Assembly: GCA_907165135.1 (NCBI GenBank)
Contig: OU015570.1
Location: 868,001-932,000 of the forward strand
Source: Oikopleura dioica
Lineage: Eukaryota; Animalia; Chordata
DNA: 64,000 nt
Direction: 5' to 3'
Positions within the stretch are counted from its first letter, which is position 1. Each line of letters begins with the position of its first letter. Positions 55,985-64,000 of this stretch are shown piece after piece. The notes under the pieces are model-generated. The model ran no database searches, had not been told where the DNA came from, and saw only the letters and a program-made list of their open reading frames with translations. The position numbers and the translations under genes were made by a program.

Positions 55985-58728
55985 CAGTGAAAACCCATTT
56001 TAAGGCCCCTTTTTGGATGACAGCGAATTTCAAAAGTGGCCTTAAAATGGATATTTTTGCCTTTCGTCGGATGACAACAAATTTTCCCATATTTTTGGGA
56101 CAAAAATGAATCATAAGGGCTTATAGAGGAAGGCCCGAGTCTACCGCATGTTTCTATCGCCCGAACCAAGTATGATTCAAAATGTGTTCTTTAAATTGGA
56201 CTCTTGATGATTCTTTCTTTCATTCTTTCAAAAATATTTTTCTGCCAACAAATCAGAGAAATGGATCAAAAATCCCCATCGAAATCTTCACGGACTTGAA
56301 CCCAGCAATCTTCAAGCGATCATGGATCAACAAAGGACTACTTCAAAAAATTATTTTCGAGAAGAAATCGAGCAGTTTGAAGATCTCGATGTTGCAGAAA
56401 ATATTCTGGACAAACAAGAATTAGTACAAATTACATGCATTTTTACGATTTTCGAGGGTCGAAATTTTGGGTAAAGATGCTCGTAAGGGGGACATATAAT
56501 ATATCAAAATTCCACTGTTTGAAAGCATGCGGCGGGCCTTCGGCCCTTGCGCGCAAATTCTGGTAGGGAACTCATTTCTTAAGGTGGCCGCTTTTCTCTA
56601 CTCTCGCGCCTCTTTTTATAAAAAGTCGTTTATCTTATATGCAGAACTATTTTGTCGGAAAAAGCCCTTTTTCGACGAAACTATTCTGCATTTTGCAGAA
56701 CTATTCTGCATGCAGAATAGTTTCGAAGGTTTCCCGGAAAAGTGGCCTTAAAATGGATTTTTCTGGAATGATATATTTTGACTTTAATATTATTCAAAAG
56801 ATTCTTATTCTCGACCGTAACAACATAAAAATGAATGAAAAAATAGTGTTTTCGTCGGGAATCGAACACCTTGGACAGAGAAGCGATTTTGGAGAAAGAA
56901 TTGGCTCCAGAATTTTTTGAACACGAGTGCACAAAACGATTCACCTATCAGAAAATAGCATTTTTTCCGTAGATTGCAATACCAATGAAATGCAGTTGGA
57001 GTCTCTTGAAAAATTTTTAAAACGCAAAAAATGTCCTGCCGTAAAGCGTAAGAATTTTTGATAAATTTTTCTTCGAAAAATGGCAAATTTTATCATTTAA
57101 GGGTGTCCCCAACGATCGAGGCCGAGACTGTCTAATTCGGTGACTCAAATTTTTCTTCTTATTTAGGAAATTCTGATTCCGAACCTTTTTCAGATCTTCA
57201 ATATCTTATCTACTTCTCGAGATATGACTTTTTCTATGAGCGCGCTTATGCATTAGCCTTCGATAGAAATGCTTTGTGAAAATGGCAAAATTCTCAATTA
57301 AGTGTAGCAAATTACATATTTTCTGAAAGCTTGAAAATTTTTTTCTGCTGATACCATTTTGAAAAAGTTCCGATGAATTTTACTTATTGTAAGAGCGCGC
57401 AAAACTCGAAAACACCTGCTTTTTGGCGCCGGAAAAGAGGATTTACCTACTTATCGGTGCACAATCTGAGCTCATGGGAGCCTTTAACTCATGAAGTTCT
57501 CTATAAAACAGGCGCGGAGCGCACACATTCTCTTTTACTACAAATTAAACAGTTATAAATTGTCTGGCCTTCTTAGACCATCGAATTCGACGAAGGCAGA
57601 TAGAGTTATCTTTTGGTTAGTTAAATGACCTAATTCGGCATTTGTGCCATTTTTTATAACGTTATCCTCAACAAAACTCCCGAAAGATTCGGGCAATCCC
57701 GAAAGATTCGGGAAATCCCGAAACATTCGGGATCCCGAAAGGTTGGAAGTCACAACCCTTCTCCACGTCACTGCTCTTTGAGGTCTTCACTAGAATCTCT
57801 TCATATCTTTTTTCTTAGCATTTGTCATGTTAATCATTTTTCAGACGTGTTTTTCGAATATTATTTTTGAAATAATGAAAAAAGAATCACCTTGAGTTCA
57901 ATTCGAAGGACACATTTGGAAAAAGTCCATGATTTATACTTTCTTCAGCGAGATAAATATGCGATAAGTTATCGCCGATAACCCCATTACCTTCATTCAT
58001 CATTTTTTCCAAAGAATGAAAAAAATTTTTTGTCATCCAATTCGAGACATAAAATATCCATTTTAAGGCCTTTTTGAAATTCGCTGTCATCCGAAAATCG
58101 GCCTTAAAATGGGGGTGGTATGCGGTCATGAGGGTACCGTACCCTTGTTCGCTTTCCATCATGAACGAGGGTACCCGTACCCTTGTTCGCTATTTTTCTT
58201 GAATGAGGGTACTTGTACCCCTGTTCGCATATTTTTATGAATGAGGGTACCGAGTACCCCCGTTCGCATTTTCTCTGAACGAGGGTATCAAGTTACCTCC
58301 TTTACCAGTCCTCCCTCCATCTCCAACGCAAGGGACTCCCTCTTTACTTTTTACTAAAATGACATTTTGCACATAAAGACAATTATAGCTGAAAGTACTT
58401 CTTTTAATTTGGGGTTAGTGTTAGGGGGCACTGGGCAAAATGACAGAACAATATTACCCGAGGGGGATAGGCTAGGGTTAGTTAGGGTTACCTAACTGGT
58501 ACCCTTGTTCAAGGAAATTAGCGAACAGGGGTACTCGTACCCTCGTTAATGAAAAAAGAGAACAGGGGTACTGGTACCCTCGTTCAAAGAAATTAGCGAA
58601 CAGGGGTACTCGTACCCTTGTTCAAGACAAAGGCGAATGCGGGTACTGGTACCCTCGTTCATGAATGAGAGCGAACGAGGGTAAAAGTACCCTCATGACC
58701 ACCTACAACCTAAAATGGGTTATCACTG
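55985..58728. mobile_element. composite non-autonomous element, copy 2 (inverted relative to copy 1)
   Basis: Reverse complement of 42765-47868 lacking the hAT insert and two internal blocks. Confidence 0.85.
58114..58710. mobile_element. MULE-type fold-back MITE in the TIR of composite copy 2
   Basis: TIR GGT(G/T)GTA..GGTCATGAGGGTAC; 9-bp TSD TAAAATGGG; tandem GAGGGTAC..GTACCC units in inverted orientation. Confidence 0.88.
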
Positions 58729-60228
58729 TAAGTGAAATTAAGTGGTTTCTATGTACAAAATGGGCTTGACGGCCCGAAGGCTTGATTAAGGCCGGGATGA
58801 AAACTAAGGTGATCAGTCTTAGTTCTGTCCCCAGCCCCACCCGCACCCGTGTTTATTTTTTATCACATTCTCCCTTCTTTTTAGCTATTATGGTGTTCTT
58901 TTTTAAGAAATTTCTTATTCATTTTTTGTAGAAGGTGGTTTTAGTTGAGGTTGTGAGTTGCTGAAGGGGAGTTTTAGCATGAAAAAACGGCTGAACCACG
59001 ATTAAGCGCGAATGAACCGGCCAGTTCATCGCTATTAACCGCGGTTTATATTAATTATGATAAGAAATTGAATAAGAAGTCGATTGATACCCGTATTAGG
59101 GGTCTTTGAAGGTCAAAAGGACTAAACCGCGATTTTAACCGCCCGGTTAAGTGCGGTTGACCGCGGTGCATATTTCATTTGACTCGAAATTTCATAGGAA
59201 GTCGATTGATACCCATATCAGGGGTATTTTCGGGTCATAAGGGGCTGAACCGCGATTTACCGCGAGTTTAACCGGCCGGTTCAAAAATTCGACCGGTGAA
59301 AAATTTTTTGGCCAAGGATCATCCTCCAGTTAAAATTTTGAAGATACCTCAAGCCAAAAAAGTTATAAAAACGCTGACCTAAAAAGCTGGTCTTTGAATC
59401 AAAGTCGATTAAAGAAGTCCCGGTGCCGAGCAAAATCGGCGAAGTCATATTTGTGGACCAGGGGTCTGGATTCGCTTTGCGAACTCTAAAAATGCATCTG
59501 AGGTCATTTTTACCTATTTATGATAAAAAAATTACGATCTTTGAATCAGAGGCTATGATTTCACCTGAGAAAAAGCGTAGAAAACAATTTTTTCAATGAT
59601 TTTTCAGGTTGAAATAAACGTTATTCTAATTATTAATTAATAATTCCTAAAAACGCTCTAAAGTTGGGATTTTCTCAGATAACAAAATTTGGAAAATATT
59701 GGCAAAAACGCTCTTAAGTTGGGCGCTCTTAAGATGGAAAACCACGGTAGTTAAAATTTTAAAATCTTTTCAAATAAATCCAAAGTTTTCTTCTCGAAAC
59801 CCCTAAAACCATCATTTTTGGTCATATTCAGCCACTAGGATTAAGAAAAATCATAAACATGAGCAGAAGTTTCAATTTGAGTCCGAAGGAGCACAAGTGT
59901 ACAAGACATCTGTGAGAATTGAGCTCATCTGCTACATTTAGGGACCGAACGCAAATCGGACCAAAATTTAGTTCTGAGAATTATGAATGAAAAAAGGGTA
60001 TTGAAACAAGAGAAATTGAACTGCGTTTTCAATTTTTCCCAATCTCTTCCGTTTCCGAGATATTGACCTTCGGAAAGAATTAAAATTTCCGGAACGAACC
60101 ACTTTCAAGCGCGCAGTCTTACTCTGATGGTGGCGCTCCGGGGCGAGAAGCTTTTGCCGCGACGCGTTTCGAGTTTTCACTGCGAGCGAGCCCGCGCTTC
60201 CACCAATAGAAAATTGAAAAAGAGTGTC

Positions 60229-60294
60229 CAAGCAGGATTCGAACCCACTATACCGACTTTACCCGACCCTATCAGTTACTAACTAGGCCAGCAG
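60229..60294 (-). other. possible tRNA-derived SINE head or tRNA pseudogene
   Basis: A-box-like TGGCCTAGTTAG and B-box GGTTCGAATCC at tRNA-like spacing; no convincing cloverleaf. Confidence 0.35.
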
Positions 60295-61107
60295 TTCTTG
60301 GGCACGACTCCCATTTTGCATGGGTATAAATTTAGTTTAATCCTGGCTTCACCGATTTCAGCCATGACTTCTGCAATGTCAATTCCGGGTTCTTCGACGT
60401 CAATCTCGACTATTGAAACGTCGAATGATTGATTGATTTTCATCAAGATGGAAAGAGTCAAAATTCTCATAATTTTTCAGCCTTTTTTGGTAGATTCGAT
60501 CACGGGGAAGAACTACTATTCAGAAAATATTTTGTTTCCAATTTCAAAGGGGTCAATACCTAACATTTAATTTAAGGCTATAACCTCAATTCAAAAATTT
60601 AAAGGACAAACATACTTGTTTTCTCCTAAAAATTCATAAATGCCATCAAGAAATAGTTTTCTCAGGTAATTTTTGCTCTAGAATCATTCAAAAATCGCCA
60701 TTCGGTTTTCCGAGAAAACTGGAAGTTTTGAGGTAGAATTAATCCGATTATAATATTAAATAGAGCATATTCTATGATCCTCACGGAAAAAATTTCAAGA
60801 AATTGTTCATATTATGATTATAATTCTCTCTTCTTTTAAAACTCTTTTGTTTATAGACTGACGCTTGAGATCCGCGCAGCCAATCAGAGCGCGATTAATC
60901 GCTTGACTCACACGCTCGCCAACAGCGCTCTCTTTTGGCCTGGAGGATAGCACTCCGCGCAGCGCGTCCACACGCATTTTTATCCTCAGATGCCAGCACT
61001 AACATGGCGCTAGAATGAAAATTTGAACAGATATCGAAGATTTTTCCGTGGGGATTGTAGAGAAGGCTTTAATCTATCAATTGATCGAAAAATGTCTACC
61101 TCTGTAA

Positions 61108-61655
61108 GGTGGTATGCGGTCATGTGGGTATTATACCCGCGTTCACTGTTCCCCCGAACGTGGGTATTTATACCCACGTTCACTCTTTCTTCCGAACATG
61201 GGTATTCGATACCCACGTTCACACTTACTGGCGAACGTGGGTATTTTCCAGGCGTTTTGAGAACAGTTCTGTTCTAGAGCCTCATCTGTTTCGATGAAGA
61301 CGGGAAACACACCGATTACCGGACGTGCAAAAAGGTTCATTTTACAGCTCTAACTTGAAAAATTTTGGAGAATCCTTCAAGACAGGCGCGGAGCGCATAC
61401 TGTCTCCGACTTGAGAACCAGCTTCGGCCGCTGACCGGGCTGTCCTGCACCCTTAACGCTGGACTTGTCTTTTGAGGCTAAACGTTATGTTTCTAGAGCA
61501 AGTTATTTTATATACCACCGTTCAAACAAAATTTCATTTATTGAACGTGGGTATTTATACCCGCATTCGGACATTTGAGCGAACGTGGGTATTAATACCC
61601 TCGTTCGAGAAATCGCTGAACGTTTGTATAAATACCCACATGACCGCTTACAACC
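61108..61655. mobile_element. MULE-type MITE related to 58114-58710
   Basis: TIR GGTGGTATGCGGTCATG / CATGACCGCTTACAACC; (C)CTCTGTAA duplicated on the flanks (8-9 bp). Confidence 0.85.
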
Positions 61656-62555
61656 CTCTGTAATGGTAAAATTCTTCGGAAAACCGAATGGCGTTTTCTA
61701 AATGATTGTAAAGTCGTAATTTCGAGAGAAAAAATAATTTTTGACCGCATTTCTGAAATCTACGATAGATTTTGAGTATATGAGTCTTTTTAATTTTTGA
61801 AATCGACCAAGGGAAGTCCGTTTTCCAGAGAGGCCAAAAGAGAGGTTATAGCTAGGCTCCTCGCTTAAAAAACGCACGATTTTTTAAAGCCCGATTTTCA
61901 GGGTTTCAATGCCTGGAATACATTGAGGATGTTCCAAGGAACAAAAAAATGTATTACAGCAAAATCATCAAGTCACGTGATCGTGCTGAAATTCTCTGAA
62001 AGTGCTGAAAAAGGGTCATTTTTAGTTTTCACGTGATTTGGCCACCTACGAGACTCACTATTATTAGAAATAATATATTTTTAGAAAGAGGATAAAATTC
62101 TCTTTCGATTAATAGGTGTCTCATTCTTGCAAAATAATATCTCAACCCGTTTTTCAAGGGTTGAAGTAATTGAAAAGTGGTATTTTTAGACATTTTTCTA
62201 AGAATTCTTCTGAATTATTTATAAAACTTTAAAAACCATAATAAAGCCAAAAACTGTGATCATTCCAATTTTTTAATAAATGGGTGTGGGTGGGGTTGGG
62301 GACAAAGCTGAGATTGATCAACTCAGAGTTCCAACGCCTTTGTCAAGCCCCTTAAATTAAACTTATAGCCTGAACACCGCCCGCTTTTCTTGGAAACATG
62401 CATATCAGAGGATATTCTAAATTGACCGATTTTCTTACTCGTTACTCTTGCTTTTTTCGCTCTTTTTTTGATTGATACTAAGCGTACTTTCGGTAAAAAA
62501 TCTGATGATGCTCTAATGGCGGAAGTCGAGAGTGAAAGTATCGGGCAAGTTAATA

Positions 62556-64000
62556 CCTCGGGTACCTGATTTAGTGTCGCTTTTTGGTCCCGAAATTTCG
62601 AAAAAACGACACTAAATTGGAATCGAATGGTTGCCGACATATTTTCTCTCTTTGCAATGATTTTTGTTTTTAATACAGTCTCTAGACAATGTTTTTGTTT
62701 ACTGGCATTGACTTTGAGCTTTCTTACTAAAAAAGGCAAAATGGACAAGAAAGACGATACTAGAAAGAGAATTAGTCTTGAAGAACGCCAACACTACTGC
62801 CAATTGATCGAGAACGGAACAGGATACCATGCTATCGCAGAAATGTATCGGAGAAAGCACAAACTAAAACTGCCAGAAACAACATTTCGACTCTGGCGAA
62901 GAGATGCGAAGAAAATTCTGAAGAAAGATGTTGTGCATGGAAAATTCAATTTCAGCGATGGTAAGCGAAGCAAAGAGATGAAGATCTTTGAAGCGGAAGT
63001 TAAAAAGGAATATTTGAAACGTCATAAACAACTTGGAAGTCGTTGGTTTACTCAACTTTGCCTCGACACACGGAATGAGCTCTTCTCTTCCTGTCCAAAA
63101 ATGTCGACGATCGTTTTTTCAGCTAATTATGTAAGACGACTGCTGAGAGATATCAAAGGCGAGATCAAGACACGAAAGTGTGACAAAAAATTCATGACTG
63201 CGGGAGAGCTTGAACTTGAAGCTGCTCGTCTTCGAATGTTTCGTCAAGGTTACCAACTCAAGTAAGGGATCTATATAAAGTTCTTGTCTTAAAATTTATA
63301 AGCCAACTCCTGAACGTTGATGAAACAGGAATTTGCTCATCTTATGAGGGTAGACGACTAATTTCAATTCGAGGACATGCTCAAGACACAAAAAATGAAA
63401 ATTCTAAAAAAGGTTCACTCTACTGGCGTACTGCTCTGTCTTTGGTCCAATTAAAGGACGACAATCCAATTATCCTTTGGCTGTAGTCACTCATGGAAAA
63501 GGATCCAAATGGACTGGTGGTGGAAAATTGAAGTCAGAAGCCGCTCCCAATCCATCTTACGATAATAAAAAGCCCGAGTCTCCCGATAATCAACGATATG
63601 TGATGATTGAATACAGAGATTTTGCTTCATTTCGTCTTTACAATTCGCCAAGTGCATGGATGACATTACCTATTTTTACTATTGAGATGAAACGCTTGAG
63701 CAAGTTTTTGGACGATAATTATCCCGAAAGAAAATATGTTTTGTTCTTAGATAATGCGAGGTATTTTTTTTTGGTTTCTCAAATCCAAATTAATTTAGCG
63801 TTCATAAACTGAAATTGATGCTCAAAAATATTGTCTTCTGTTTCTTTCTCCCAGCTACCACAGGTTGGTATCAACCCTGTGATTCACTTATTCTGGCTCA
63901 GTTGAAATCGAAAATTCGAGGTTTCATCGATGAACAAGTATATATTAATGACCACACACGGATAAAAGAAGAAGTGCTTGCAAAAAGAGCGTGGATATTT
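62556..64000 (+). mobile_element. pogo-like DNA transposon, left end and transposase; runs off the window
   Basis: TA-CCTCGGGTACCTGATTTAGTGTCGC TIR followed by the transposase gene. Confidence 0.88.
62741..64000 (+). CDS. pogo-like transposase (CENP-B-type HTH plus DD30D), two introns, one frameshift
   Basis: MDKKDDTRKRISLEER...; intron 63262-63302 gives QLLNVDETG; 1-nt shift in the A-run at ~63406-63411 before KRFTLL; LFLDNA, intron 63761-63798, then SVHK...FLPATTGWYQPCD (30 aa between D2 and D3). Confidence 0.85.

Noticed and set aside
60229-60294. Functional tRNA gene
   Set aside because: A/B boxes are present but acceptor and anticodon stems do not pair; kept only as a low-confidence SINE-like head.

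Overview
AT-rich eukaryotic window that is almost entirely nested transposable elements. I found no intact host gene, rRNA or CRISPR array. Very short (35-61 bp) GT-AG introns and the element types are compatible with a compact animal genome such as a larvacean tunicate (Oikopleura-like); this is inference only. Contents: (i) Ty3/gypsy-type LTR retrotransposons from at least three families, including a gag with a CCCH finger followed in frame by protease/RT across a single UGA-C stop; (ii) three Penelope-like relics, one with inverted pseudo-LTRs that each carry a minimal hammerhead ribozyme, plus an orphan hammerhead at 23.7 kb; (iii) three pogo-like and two MULE transposase genes or remnants, several with introns, and two pogo-like families with C-terminal PIP boxes; (iv) many MITEs with TA, TTAA, 8-bp and 9-bp target duplications, often with the empty site also in the window; (v) a recent inverted copy of a composite element (42.8-47.9 kb vs 56.0-58.7 kb); (vi) decayed intron-containing host-gene fragments (J-domain, DP/E2F-type, SREK1/SRSF11-like RRM) around a MULE pseudogene; (vii) an unclassified element at 16-18.5 kb. 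All protein and RNA assignments come from reading motifs by eye; no searches were run. Element boundaries given with ~ are approximate.
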